From: Labilithrix sp. | GTDB taxonomy: Bacteria > Myxococcota_A > Polyangia > Polyangiales > Polyangiaceae | Length of the DNA: 64,000 nt | Direction: 5' to 3' | Assembly: GCA_028287065.1 (NCBI GenBank) | Contig: JAQBQJ010000219.1 | Span: 14,293 to 78,292, forward strand | Shown here: positions 9,506-19,677 of the stretch, one piece after another | Layout: every line of letters starts with the position of its first letter | Position numbering within the stretch: position 1 is the first letter of the stretch | The notes under the pieces: generated by a model | Databases searched by the model: none | Told to the model about the DNA's origin: nothing | Seen by the model: the letters and a program-made list of their open reading frames with translations, nothing else | Made by a program: the position numbers and the translations under genes

Positions 9506-10630
9506 ATGACGCCGAGCGACGACGAAACGAGCCCGTCCGAGACGAGCGCATCGCTCTCGCTCGACGATCTCGGATGGTCGGCGGAGCTCGCCGCGCACGT
9601 CACCGAAGCCGAGGCCGCGCTTCGACCCGCGCGCATCGCATCCGTGTATAGTGCATTCGTCGACGTGTGGCTCGCCGACACGACTGGTCCACGCATGGCC
9701 TCGTTGCGCGGCCGCGCGCTCCGCGACGCGCCCGAGGGCGGCGTCGCGGTCGGCGACTGGGCGCTCGTCGCATCGGCATCGGAGGGGACGGACGACGTCG
9801 TCGTCGAGCGCATCCTGCCGCGACGCACGGCGTTCGTCCGTCAAGCCGCCGGCGAGCGGTCGGAGCCGCAAGCCATCGCCGCGAACGTCGATCGCGTGCT
9901 CGTCGTCACGTCCGTCGAGGGCGACTTCAATGCGCGCCGCCTCGAGCGTTATCTCGTCGCCATCGCCGGTAGCGGAGCCGAGGCAGTCATCGTCCTCGCG
10001 AAGGCCGATCTCCTTGCCGAAGCCGACGACGTCGTCCGCGACGCGGAGAAGCTCGCGCCCGTGATCCTCACGAGCGCACGGACGGGCCTCGGCGTCGAAC
10101 AGCTACGCGCGCAGATCCCGCGCGGGACGACAGCAGCGATGGTCGGGTCGTCGGGCGTCGGCAAGTCGGCGCTGGTGAACGCGCTGCTCGGCCGATCTGC
10201 ACAGCACGAGGGCGCGGTTCGCGAGCACGACAAACGAGGCCGCCACACCACGACGAAGCGATCGCTCTTCGCCGTGCCCGGCGGCGGGCTGCTCGTCGAC
10301 ACGCCCGGTATGCGTGAGCTGAAGCCGTGGCAAGCGGGCGCCGCCGACGACGACGTCGAGGGCGCGTTCGCCGACATCGCGGACCTCGCCGCCTCGTGCA
10401 GGTTCGGCGACTGCCGCCATGCCGCCGAGCCGGGCTGCGCGATCCGCACGGCGGTCGCGGACGGAAGGCTGGACGCGGAGCGCGTCGCGTCGTGGGAGAA
10501 GCTCGAACGCGAGCGAGGCGAGCGGAAGGCGCGACAAGACGTCTTCGCTCAGGTGCAGGAGAAGCGGCGCAACGCGCGCGCGGGAGCGGTCGCGTTGCGC
10601 AAGCGTCTCCTCACGAAGCGCGGACGCTGA
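9506..10630 (+). CDS. rsgA: Ribosome small subunit-dependent GTPase A
   Basis: AVGDW, IAANVD, AKAD, GSSGVGKS, GRHTT, DTPG, CRFGDCRHAAEPGC Zn finger. Confidence 0.95.
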   Translation: MTPSDDETSPSETSASLSLDDLGWSAELAAHVTEAEAALRPARIASVYSAFVDVWLADTTGPRMASLRGRALRDAPEGGVAVGDWALVASASEGTDDVVVERILPRRTAFVRQAAGERSEPQAIAANVDRVLVVTSVEGDFNARRLERYLVAIAGSGAEAVIVLAKADLLAEADDVVRDAEKLAPVILTSARTGLGVEQLRAQIPRGTTAAMVGSSGVGKSALVNALLGRSAQHEGAVREHDKRGRHTTTKRSLFAVPGGGLLVDTPGMRELKPWQAGAADDDVEGAFADIADLAASCRFGDCRHAAEPGCAIRTAVADGRLDAERVASWEKLERERGERKARQDVFAQVQEKRRNARAGAVALRKRLLTKRGR

Positions 10631-10631
10631 G

Positions 10632-10886
10632 TCAGCGTCCGGCGTCGAGCGCGGTCGGAGAAGGCACGGGAGACGGCGTCGGCGACGGCGTCGGGACGGG
10701 CGTGGGCCCGGGGATCGGCGCCGGGCTCGGGATGGGGCTCGGCGTCGGCACCGGCGTGGGAGCGGGCACCGGCGCTTGCGTGCGCTCTCCGCCGGGCACC
10801 GACGCTTGTGCGACGGCGCCCAGCGCGAGCGCGGTGAGGAGCGTGAGCGTCGGACCGAGCGCGCGTCGCAGCATCGAGGCCTTCAT
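10632..10886 (-). CDS. Small secreted Pro-rich protein
   Basis: GGAGG RBS; start overlaps upstream stop; signal peptide then (xP)n run. Confidence 0.6.
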   Translation of the reverse strand: MKASMLRRALGPTLTLLTALALGAVAQASVPGGERTQAPVPAPTPVPTPSPIPSPAPIPGPTPVPTPSPTPSPVPSPTALDAGR

Positions 10887-11419
10887 CACATACCTCCTGC
10901 CGGCGCTTCGGCCGGACCGAGCGAGGGCTCCCGCGAGCGCTCGAGCAGCGAAGCGACCGCGCCCGCAACGAGACCGCCCGTCGCATACAGCGCGACGGTG
11001 ATCGCCTGCGCACGGAGCGTCGTGCCCCGATGACGGCGCGGGAGCCCGAGCATCGGCGTGAGCACGAGGGCGCCCAACCCCGCTGCGGCGCCGAGCAAGA
11101 GGCCGCGCAGCCACGGCTTCTTCCCGGAGCCGGAGAGCGCGAGCGGCGCATAGAACATGGAGTTGGCGACCAGATCGCCGACGAGCGTGTATCCGCGGAG
11201 GCGCTCGCTCTTGGGAACGCTCCGGCCCGTGGCACGAAGGACCCGTGCGAGAGCGCTCATACCGAGGCGATCGATCCGTGGCGCATTCGGGACGAGCTGG
11301 CGGACGATCTCGTGCGCGAGGGTCACTGCGGCGGCGCCTGCCGCGCCCGTCGTGAGGGCTTTCCAGGGAACATGAGAGCGCGCGGCTCCGTTCGATTTCG
11401 CCGTATGGTCGAGATTCAT
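10886..11419 (-). CDS. Hypothetical membrane protein
   Basis: GGAGG RBS before ATG 11419; several hydrophobic segments; PNAPRIDRLG motif. Confidence 0.7.
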   Translation of the reverse strand: MNLDHTAKSNGAARSHVPWKALTTGAAGAAAVTLAHEIVRQLVPNAPRIDRLGMSALARVLRATGRSVPKSERLRGYTLVGDLVANSMFYAPLALSGSGKKPWLRGLLLGAAAGLGALVLTPMLGLPRRHRGTTLRAQAITVALYATGGLVAGAVASLLERSREPSLGPAEAPAGGM

Positions 11420-11493
11420 CCTTCGCCTCCACCGCCTGCGTTGCATGCGGCGCGCCCGCCTGCCTTGCCTCGCGAGCGGCGCGAAGCTCGCGC

Positions 11494-11733
11494 TCAGAAC
11501 CGCGAGACGATCGTGGCGACGACGTAGAGGATCAGCGCGGCGGCCCAGATGCCCGCGCGCACGCGCATGTGCTCGCGCCACGCCCAGTACGGCGCGAGCG
11601 GCGCGACGAGGAACGCCGCGAGCGCACGCCAGCGCGGCGGACGGAATGCGAGGCCGAACGTGATCGCGACGTGCGCCGTGATGAAGAGCGCGAATGCGAC
11701 GACGAGCGTGCCGACGACGATCATGTCCTTCAA
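11494..11733 (-). CDS. Small membrane protein (about 3 TM)
   Basis: 79 aa, strongly hydrophobic, co-oriented with neighbours. Confidence 0.7.
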   Translation of the reverse strand: MKDMIVVGTLVVAFALFITAHVAITFGLAFRPPRWRALAAFLVAPLAPYWAWREHMRVRAGIWAAALILYVVATIVSRF

Positions 11734-11745
11734 GCGACGACCATC

Positions 11746-12372
11746 CTAGCGCTCATCTCCGGCGCTCGCATCGCGCACACTGCCCTCGGAGGCGGCGCCG
11801 GCGTCCGCGCCGATCGGTCCCGTCTTCGGCTCCGTGCCGGTCGGCGTCGAGCCCGACGGCGTCTGCGGTGCGCCTCCGTCCTTGTCCTTGCTCTCCGAGT
11901 CGGGCGGCGTGGCCGCGGGGACGTTCGGCGTCGGCGGCACCGCCTCTCCTTCGGGACCCGTGACCGATCCGCCGCGCGTACGACCGACCGCGATCGGTTT
12001 CGGATCCGGAAGCTCGCGGCCCTGTGCGTCGCGCCACTTGCCCTCGGCGACGTAGTAATCTCCCAGCTTGTCGCGTTGCCAGGTCCAAGGCGAAAACTTC
12101 GCTCCCGTCGGCGGAGCGAGCCACCGGCCAGGCTTCCACGCATATCGCCCGCCTTGCCACGTCCATTCGCCGTCGATCCACACCGCGGCGCTCTCCTCCG
12201 GCTCGGGCGGAACGAACTCGACACGTGCAGGCGGTGGTGGGAAGTCGACTTGCTGCAGCGCATCGGTGGGCTGACCGGTGTAGGCCGGCGCCGGAAGACG
12301 CCCCGCGCCGCAGGCGAGCAAGACGCCCGCGATCGACAGCGACACTCCCGTTCCCATCGCAAGTCGACGCAT
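11746..12372 (-). CDS. Lipoprotein with YXWGXW-type Trp repeats
   Basis: LLAC lipobox; PPPARVE; WIDGEWTWQGGRYAWKPGRW. Start approximate. Confidence 0.75.
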   Translation of the reverse strand: MRRLAMGTGVSLSIAGVLLACGAGRLPAPAYTGQPTDALQQVDFPPPPARVEFVPPEPEESAAVWIDGEWTWQGGRYAWKPGRWLAPPTGAKFSPWTWQRDKLGDYYVAEGKWRDAQGRELPDPKPIAVGRTRGGSVTGPEGEAVPPTPNVPAATPPDSESKDKDGGAPQTPSGSTPTGTEPKTGPIGADAGAASEGSVRDASAGDER

Positions 12373-12642
12373 CGGTCGCGCGATGAGCACGCTCCGTACC
12401 ACGCGACCGAGCCGCGGCGACAGCGGCGAGCGGCGCGCAGTCTGCGTCGGTGAACGCTCTCTATCCATTGCGTGCTGGTCCATAGTGCCCCGCAACACGG
12501 GCGTCGCGAGGCAGAAGCGCGCATCGTCGTCGGAACGGGTCGTCACGCGCGCAGCGTCGTTAGCGCGGTTTGTCGGCGAGGAACGACCGGCGTGCCGCAG
12601 CGGGAGCTGGTGCTGACCTTGCTACCGGCGCTGTCGCCGCTG

Positions 12643-14907
12643 ATGACTCGCCTGCCATCGCTCCTACGATCGCTGCTCGCTCGTTCATCGTCGCACCCGC
12701 TCACGCTCGTCGTCTTCGTCGGTGCGATCGCCGTGCTCGGCGGCTGCAAGACGATCCCGGAAGGACACTCGGCGGTCAACGAAGTCCAGGTGCGCGGCAC
12801 CGACAAGCTCGACGAAGACGACGTGAAGGACAAGATCGCGACGACCGAGACCTCGAAGTTCCTGATGCTCTTTCGCGGCATCCTCTTCGAGTACTCGGTC
12901 TTCGATCGCTTCGTGCTCCAGCGCGACCTCGCGCGCGTCGAGGCGTTCTATCGCTCGAAGGGCTACTACGACGTGCACGCGCGAGCCGGGCGCGTCCATC
13001 AGATCGACGACAAGCACGTGCGTGTCGAGATCGTCGTCGAGGAGGGACCGCCCGTCGTCGTCAAGACCGTCCATATCGACGGTCTCGACGGCCTCGACCC
13101 CAAGGTCGTCGCCGCCGCGAAGAGCGCAGCCACCGCCGGCCTGCCGCTCGAGAAGCCGTTCGCCGAGGAGGACTTCAAGAAGACCGAAGGCAACGTGCGG
13201 CGCGCCCTCACCGACAGCGGCTACGCGTACGCGAAGGTGAAGAGCGACGCGGCCGTCGACATCGTCACGCACAACGTCGACGTCGTGATGACCGTGACGC
13301 CTGGACCGAAGTGCGTGTTCGGTGATGTCCGCATCGAAGGGCTCGGCTCGCTTCCCGAGAAGCAGATCCGCCGCACGATCGACATCACGCCCGGCAAACC
13401 GTACTCCGAGAAGGAGCTCGACGATGCGCAGCAGGCGCTCCTCGACCTCGGCGTGTTCGCGTCGGTCGAGCTGAAGCCCGACCTGCCGGGCACGCCGCCG
13501 CCTGCGCCGAACAAGCCGGGCATGTCCGACGAGCAGCAGACCGGCCAGAAGGACGAACAAGGGAAGCAGGGCGAAGGATCCGGCAGCCCGGGTGCCGCCG
13601 GTCCTCCGCCGCCCGGCCCGCCGGTCGTGCCCATCCGCGTGACGCTCGAGCCTTCGCGCCTACGCACGGTCCGCGTCGGCGGCGGTCTCGAGTTCGACGC
13701 GCTGAAGACCAACGTCCACGGCTTGCTCGGCTGGGAGAACCGGAACTTCCTCGGCGGCCTGCGGACGTTCTCCGTGCAGTTCCGGCCGGGCGTCGTCCTC
13801 TATCCGATGCGCGTGAACAACCTCGTCGCGCCGACGAAGTTCCTCCTCGAGGAGCGACTGCGGCTCGAGCTCTCGCAGCCGAGCTTCCTCGAGGCGCGTA
13901 CGAGGGGCTTCCTGCGCCCCGAGCTCAACATCTATCCCGTTCTCCTGAATCCGAACCCGCCGCCGGACGAGCGCGTGATCGGCTACGGCGAAGTCCGGAA
14001 CGCGGCCGGCCTCGAGCGCACCATCTGGAAGTTCTTCGGATCGTTTTCGCACAACCTCCAGGTCGCGTATCCGTTCGCGTACGTCCACGGCAAGGACCCG
14101 ACGCTCTCGCTCGTCGTGATCTCGTACCCCGAGCTCTATACGACGTTCGACTTCCGCGACGACAAGATCCATCCGACGAAGGGCGTCTTCATCGGCAACA
14201 CGTTCCAGGTCGCGGGTCAGATCTTCGGCGGCAACGCGAACGACTTCAAGGTGCAGCCCGAGGCGCGCGCGTACGTCCCGCTCTACAAGAAGAAGCTCGT
14301 CTTCGCGACGCGCGGCTCGATCGGTCTGCTCGAAGCGCAGAACTACGGCAAGGTCGTGCAAAACGGCCCGAGCAACGGGCTCGATCCGCCGTCCGCCGAT
14401 CGAACGAAGGACTACCAGCTCACGTTCTTCCGCGGATTCTTCTCGGGCGGCCCGAACCAGAATCGTGGCTATCCGATTCGCGGCGTCGGTCCTTACGACA
14501 TCGTTCCGTTCCTCACTCCCGAGATCGAAGCGGGGAAGATCAATGCAGAGTGCACGAGCACCGCGGGCACCGTCGAGGATCGCTGCCGCACGCCGACCGG
14601 CGGCTTCACGCTCTGGGAGGCCTCCGCTGAGCTCCGCTACTCGGTCACGGGTCCGCTCTCCGTAGCGGCCTTCTGCGACTCGAGTGACGTTTCGCCACGT
14701 CAGAACGACTTCCGGTTCGACCACCTCCACCTGTCCTGCGGCGGGGGAGGACGCTACGACACGCCTGCCGGCCCCATCCGTCTCGACGTCGGCTACCGCC
14801 TTCCGGGCCTGCAAGTGCTCGGGGGCCTGACGCGCGACGAGCGAAATCCCGAGACTCTGTTTGGCATCCCAATCGCAGTGCACATCGGCATCGGAGAAGC
14901 GTACTGA
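12643..14907 (+). CDS. tamA: BamA/TamA-family (Omp85) outer-membrane protein
   Basis: LGGC lipobox, POTRA-like repeats, FFSGGPNQNRGY lid-loop variant, TPAGPIRLDVGY, terminal IGEAY; directly upstream of tamB. Confidence 0.88.
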   Translation: MTRLPSLLRSLLARSSSHPLTLVVFVGAIAVLGGCKTIPEGHSAVNEVQVRGTDKLDEDDVKDKIATTETSKFLMLFRGILFEYSVFDRFVLQRDLARVEAFYRSKGYYDVHARAGRVHQIDDKHVRVEIVVEEGPPVVVKTVHIDGLDGLDPKVVAAAKSAATAGLPLEKPFAEEDFKKTEGNVRRALTDSGYAYAKVKSDAAVDIVTHNVDVVMTVTPGPKCVFGDVRIEGLGSLPEKQIRRTIDITPGKPYSEKELDDAQQALLDLGVFASVELKPDLPGTPPPAPNKPGMSDEQQTGQKDEQGKQGEGSGSPGAAGPPPPGPPVVPIRVTLEPSRLRTVRVGGGLEFDALKTNVHGLLGWENRNFLGGLRTFSVQFRPGVVLYPMRVNNLVAPTKFLLEERLRLELSQPSFLEARTRGFLRPELNIYPVLLNPNPPPDERVIGYGEVRNAAGLERTIWKFFGSFSHNLQVAYPFAYVHGKDPTLSLVVISYPELYTTFDFRDDKIHPTKGVFIGNTFQVAGQIFGGNANDFKVQPEARAYVPLYKKKLVFATRGSIGLLEAQNYGKVVQNGPSNGLDPPSADRTKDYQLTFFRGFFSGGPNQNRGYPIRGVGPYDIVPFLTPEIEAGKINAECTSTAGTVEDRCRTPTGGFTLWEASAELRYSVTGPLSVAAFCDSSDVSPRQNDFRFDHLHLSCGGGGRYDTPAGPIRLDVGYRLPGLQVLGGLTRDERNPETLFGIPIAVHIGIGEAY

Positions 14908-17900
14908 TGCCCGCGAGAAGTCGTAGAAGCCGTGCCCGGCGAGTGCTGGGGGTCATCGGGGCGGTCGTCGGAACCACCGTCACGTTCGTCACCGCCACGG
15001 CTGCTGCCGCCGTGCTCCATCTCGACGTGCCCGCCACACGACGCCTGGTGACGACGCAGGTGAACGGGCTCCTGCACGCGCAGTTCGCGGGAGACGTGGC
15101 CATCGAGCGGCTCGGACATCTCGGCCTGCGTGGGATCGACGGCGTTCGCGTGCGCGTGAAGGATCCGACGGGCATGCAGGTGCTGTACGTCGACGGCGCG
15201 CGCGTGCGCGTCCGCGCGCTCGACGCGGCGCGATCGTTCCTCTTCGGCAAGGGAGACATCGTCGTCCCGGTCGACGCCGTCTCGATCGACAACGTCGATG
15301 CGGCGATCGACGGTGACGCAGCCGGGAACCTCCGCATCGCGAACGCGTTTGCCGCGCGGACGCCGACGCCGCCCAAGCCCTCGGACCCCAATGCGCGCGG
15401 CGTGCGCGTCGACGCACCGTCGATCGGCTTGAAGCACGCGTGGGTGCACGGCCAGGCGCCGGGCGCGCCGCCGATGGACGCGGACCTGAACGAGCTCGCG
15501 GCCCACGCTCACTACGACGCGAAGCTCACGCAGGCCGATCTCGATCGCGTGGATCTCGTCACGCGTGGCTTGCCTCGCGGCGTCGACCCGAAGGGCCGCG
15601 TGGGCGCGCATCTGCGGATGCCGTCGGTGACCGGGAAGAACATGGGCGCCTTTGCCGCGTTCGACGGCGTCATCGCCGGCATTCCCACCGCCGCGCAGGC
15701 GCACATGGACGGCCAGAAGATCGACGCCGTCGTCGACGGCCACGATGCGACCGGCCAGGGGATGCGCGCCACGTTCGGCGAGGTCGGCATCCAGGACGAG
15801 GTCACGCTGCACGCCGAGGCACATGGCGAGCTCCCGAAGATCGCTGCGAAGGCACACGTCGCGCTCGGTCGCGGTACCGCCGACGTCGACGCGAACGTCG
15901 ACGTCAGCGACGGCACGAAGGCCGACGTGCAGCTCGGCGTGCGTCACATCGATCTCCGCGCGATCGTCCCGACTGCTCCGCGCTCCGACATCGGTCTCGA
16001 CACGCACGCGAACGTCGCGATCGCGAAGAGCGGCGAGATGCGCGGCAACGTCACGCTCGAGACCCTTCCCGGCATCGCCGCCGGCGAGAGGCTTCCGATC
16101 CTCCACGCGAAGGCCGACTTCACGAAGGACACCGCGCACGCGACCGGTCGCATCGTCGATCCGCGCGCCACGGCCGACTTCGAAGCGAACATGGTGACGA
16201 CCGGCGGGCAGCAGGTCGTCGAAGGCGAGCTCCGCTCGAACGTGGCGGACTTCTCGCGTCTTCCGAAGGTCGGCTCGGAGATGAAGGGCCACGCTTCGCT
16301 CGTTGCGAAGGGGAGAGCCAACCTCGGTGCGAAGACCATCGATGCGCAGGCGCACGTCGTCGGCGGCAGCATCGCGTACGGCGAGAACACGGTGGACAAC
16401 GTCACCGTCCTCGCGACCGCGCGCGGGACCATGGACAAGCCGGTCGTCGACGTCGGCGTGCATGCCGGCGCGCTCGCGGCGGGCAAGCAGAAGATCGGCG
16501 TCGCCGACGTGCGCGGCACGATCCAGCCCGGCGCCGGGGGCGTCACGACCATCCGTGACGCGCACGTCGACATGGTCAAGGGAGGCCAGACGGTCTCGGT
16601 GTTCGCGACGCGCGTGCAGCTCGGCGGTCCGCGCATGGTCGTCGACGGAGCCGTCGTGACGGGCCTCGGCGAGCCGATCCGCGCGGACGTCTCGCGCGAC
16701 CCGAAGGTCGTGAGCGTGAAGATCGACGCTCCGTCGATCGACCTCCGGCGTCTCGCGATCGTCGCCGGTCAGCCGGATCTCGTGCGCAGCGGAACGCTTT
16801 CGATGAACGGCGACGTCACGCTCCGCAAAAGCCTCGCGACTGGCGAGTTGCACGCGAAGGTCGATTCGCTGGCCGCCGCGAAGATCAACGGTGCGTCGAT
16901 GAGCCTCGACGCCGCTTTCGACGGCAAGAACCTCGGCCTCGCAATGAAGGGCGAGCTCGCCGATGCCGGCCGCTTCGAGCTCGCGACCAGCGACGTCGTC
17001 ATCGGCGGAAGCCCGATCGACCCGGCGTCGTGGAAGAACGCCCACGGCCGCGCGAAGTTCAGCGGCAACGTCCAGATGGAGAAGGTCGCGGCGCTCGTCC
17101 CGAAGGAGCGCATGCCGGTGAGCGAGATCCGCGGACTCGCCGTCATCGCAGGCACGATCCGGCGCGACAGCGCGGACGTTCCTCCGGAGCTCAGCATCCA
17201 TGCGCACACGCGCGGCCTCGTCGTCGCCGGCAAGGGCGCGGGCGAGCCGATGCACGATCCCAAGCACAAGGAGGTCGTCACCGGCGTGCAGCCGTGGCGC
17301 AGCGAAGGTGTCGACGTGTCCGCCGACGCGAAGGTCGATGCGACGTCCGGTTGGGCGGAGGTCGCCTTCCACGCCGTCGACAGGAACGGGACGCTCGTCG
17401 CGCTCGACGCGAAATCGGAGCTGCCGTACCAGCAGATCGTCGCGGACCCCTCGAGGGCGATGGCGCTGCTCCAGACCGCGCCGATCAGCGCGAAGTTCGT
17501 CGTCCCGAAGCGCGCGCTCGCCGAGATGCCCGAGGCTGCGCGTACCCGCAACCTCCCGGGCACGATCGAGGCGGAGCTCTCGCTGGCGGGCACGATGCTC
17601 GACCCGCGCGTCGACTTCGTCGCGCATGCGCGCGGCGTTCGTTCGCCCTCGCTTCCGAAGGAGATGGCGAGCGACGCGGACGTCACGTTCGCCTACGACG
17701 GGAAGAAGGGCGACCTCGTCGCCGTTGCCTCGGCCGAGAAGCACGAGGTGCTCGCGCTGAACGCGCACGTCGATCTGAATGCGCGCGACCTCATGGTGAA
17801 GACCGGAGAGCCGCTCGCGTGGCGGGGCTCGGCGAAGATGAAGCTCGCGAGCTTCCGCGTCGACAGCGTCGGAGCGCTGGCTGACCGCCACATCCGCGGC

Positions 17901-19532
17901 CGCGTGAGCGGTGAGGTGGCGATCGACGATCTCCATTCCGACGGGAAGCTGCACGGACAGCTCGATCTCGATCAGCTCAAGGTCGGCCGCGCGACGTACA
18001 CGAGCGGCAAGATCGTGGTGGACGCTCGAAACGGAAAGTTCGATGCGACCGCGCGTCTCGAACAGACCGACGGGTTCGCCGACGTCCATGCGACCACCGG
18101 GATCGCATGGGGAGCGAACCTCGCGCCGTCGCTCGATCCGAACGCGAACCTCGACGCGAAGCTCGTCGCGAAGGCGTTCCGCGCGGCCGCCATCCGTCCG
18201 TTCGTCGAGAGCGCGATCAACGAGCTCGATGGACGCATCGATGCGAACGCGACCATCAAGATCGGCCCCGGCTTCAAGGACCCGATCCTCGAGGGCAATG
18301 CCGCGTTCCGCGACGGGACCGTGCAGCTCGCCGCGCTCGGCGAGGAGTTCAAGGATGCGCGCGCGCGCATTTCGTTCCAGCGCGGCGGCATCATCAAGGT
18401 CGACGACGTCTTCATGCGCGGAACCGACGGCGAGCTCACGGCCGCCGCGGCGGTCCGCACGCGCGGGTTCGGCATCGGCGCCGCGGACGCGAACGTCCAC
18501 ATTCCGAAGCGCAGAGCGATCGACATCTCGACGCAGGGCCAGCCGATCGGTCGCGTCTCCGGCGACGTGAAGATCGCGGCTTTGATGAGCGACGACAACA
18601 AGGAGATGAAGATCAGCGTCGACGTGCCGTCGATGAACGTCGCGCTGCCGCAGAAGATGAAGTCCGGCGTGCAGGAGCTCAGCGAGAAGGAGAGCATCCG
18701 CATCGGAACGTTCCGCGACGCCAAGACGTTCGTGAAGCTGCCGCTCGACAAGGAAGACCTCGAGCCGCCGCCCGCGGAGAAGCCCGTCGGGACGATCATG
18801 GATCTCGACGTCCGCCTCGGCGACATCACGATCGTGCAAGGCAACCAGGCGCGTGTCGTCCTCGGCGGCAATCCGCACATCCGCGTCACGAACAAGACGG
18901 TGATGACGGGCCAGATCCAGCTCAAGGCAGGCAAGATCGACGTCCAGGGGAAGCAGTTCGAGATCGAGAAGGGGACGATCACCTTCCAGCCCGAGGACCC
19001 GTCGAACCCGATCGTCGTCGCGACGGCGCAGTGGACGGCCGAGGACGGCAGCAGGATCTACGCGGACTTCGTCGGACCGGTGAAGACCGGAAAGGTGAAC
19101 CTCCGCTCCGATCCGCCGCGTCCGAAGAACGAGATCCTCGCGATCATCCTCTTCGGCACCGCCGACGGCGCGAACGCGACGCCGCCTCCGCCAGGCCGCG
19201 CGCCCGACGGCACGACGAAGGCCGCGACGAGCCTCGGCGGCGGCTTTGCTGCGCAAGGCCTCACCGAGGCGATGGACGACCTCACGGGCATCCAGGCGAC
19301 TGCGCGCATCGACACGACGCGTTCGACGAATCCCGCACCGGAGATCGAGTTCCAGATCGCGAGGCGCATCTCGATCGCGTTCGAGCACATCCTCGGTACA
19401 CCGCCGATCTCGGAGCCAGACACGAACCTCGCGATCGTCGACTGGCGCTTCCGCAAGAACTGGTCGCTCGAGACCACGCTCGGCGATCGCGGCAAGGTCC
19501 AGACGGACGCGATCTGGACGAAGCGTTACTAG
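14907..19532 (+). CDS. tamB: Translocation/assembly module TamB-family protein
   Basis: 1541 aa beta-rich; N-terminal anchor; DUF490-like C-terminus (LRSDPPRPKNEILAIILFG...WTKRY); TGATG coupling to tamA. Confidence 0.88.
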   Translation: MPARSRRSRARRVLGVIGAVVGTTVTFVTATAAAAVLHLDVPATRRLVTTQVNGLLHAQFAGDVAIERLGHLGLRGIDGVRVRVKDPTGMQVLYVDGARVRVRALDAARSFLFGKGDIVVPVDAVSIDNVDAAIDGDAAGNLRIANAFAARTPTPPKPSDPNARGVRVDAPSIGLKHAWVHGQAPGAPPMDADLNELAAHAHYDAKLTQADLDRVDLVTRGLPRGVDPKGRVGAHLRMPSVTGKNMGAFAAFDGVIAGIPTAAQAHMDGQKIDAVVDGHDATGQGMRATFGEVGIQDEVTLHAEAHGELPKIAAKAHVALGRGTADVDANVDVSDGTKADVQLGVRHIDLRAIVPTAPRSDIGLDTHANVAIAKSGEMRGNVTLETLPGIAAGERLPILHAKADFTKDTAHATGRIVDPRATADFEANMVTTGGQQVVEGELRSNVADFSRLPKVGSEMKGHASLVAKGRANLGAKTIDAQAHVVGGSIAYGENTVDNVTVLATARGTMDKPVVDVGVHAGALAAGKQKIGVADVRGTIQPGAGGVTTIRDAHVDMVKGGQTVSVFATRVQLGGPRMVVDGAVVTGLGEPIRADVSRDPKVVSVKIDAPSIDLRRLAIVAGQPDLVRSGTLSMNGDVTLRKSLATGELHAKVDSLAAAKINGASMSLDAAFDGKNLGLAMKGELADAGRFELATSDVVIGGSPIDPASWKNAHGRAKFSGNVQMEKVAALVPKERMPVSEIRGLAVIAGTIRRDSADVPPELSIHAHTRGLVVAGKGAGEPMHDPKHKEVVTGVQPWRSEGVDVSADAKVDATSGWAEVAFHAVDRNGTLVALDAKSELPYQQIVADPSRAMALLQTAPISAKFVVPKRALAEMPEAARTRNLPGTIEAELSLAGTMLDPRVDFVAHARGVRSPSLPKEMASDADVTFAYDGKKGDLVAVASAEKHEVLALNAHVDLNARDLMVKTGEPLAWRGSAKMKLASFRVDSVGALADRHIRGRVSGEVAIDDLHSDGKLHGQLDLDQLKVGRATYTSGKIVVDARNGKFDATARLEQTDGFADVHATTGIAWGANLAPSLDPNANLDAKLVAKAFRAAAIRPFVESAINELDGRIDANATIKIGPGFKDPILEGNAAFRDGTVQLAALGEEFKDARARISFQRGGIIKVDDVFMRGTDGELTAAAAVRTRGFGIGAADANVHIPKRRAIDISTQGQPIGRVSGDVKIAALMSDDNKEMKISVDVPSMNVALPQKMKSGVQELSEKESIRIGTFRDAKTFVKLPLDKEDLEPPPAEKPVGTIMDLDVRLGDITIVQGNQARVVLGGNPHIRVTNKTVMTGQIQLKAGKIDVQGKQFEIEKGTITFQPEDPSNPIVVATAQWTAEDGSRIYADFVGPVKTGKVNLRSDPPRPKNEILAIILFGTADGANATPPPPGRAPDGTTKAATSLGGGFAAQGLTEAMDDLTGIQATARIDTTRSTNPAPEIEFQIARRISIAFEHILGTPPISEPDTNLAIVDWRFRKNWSLETTLGDRGKVQTDAIWTKRY

Positions 19533-19677
19533 TCGCACTCGCTCGCGCGATCGACGGCCGGAGGCAATTGCGCCCACAAACGTGCCTCGGTGGTGCCTTC
19601 CCGCGCCCAAGCGCCCGAGGCGCGCTGCGCGTGTTGTTCGCGACGCAGGCAGGCACGCGTGCTGCAGCGCTAGAGAC

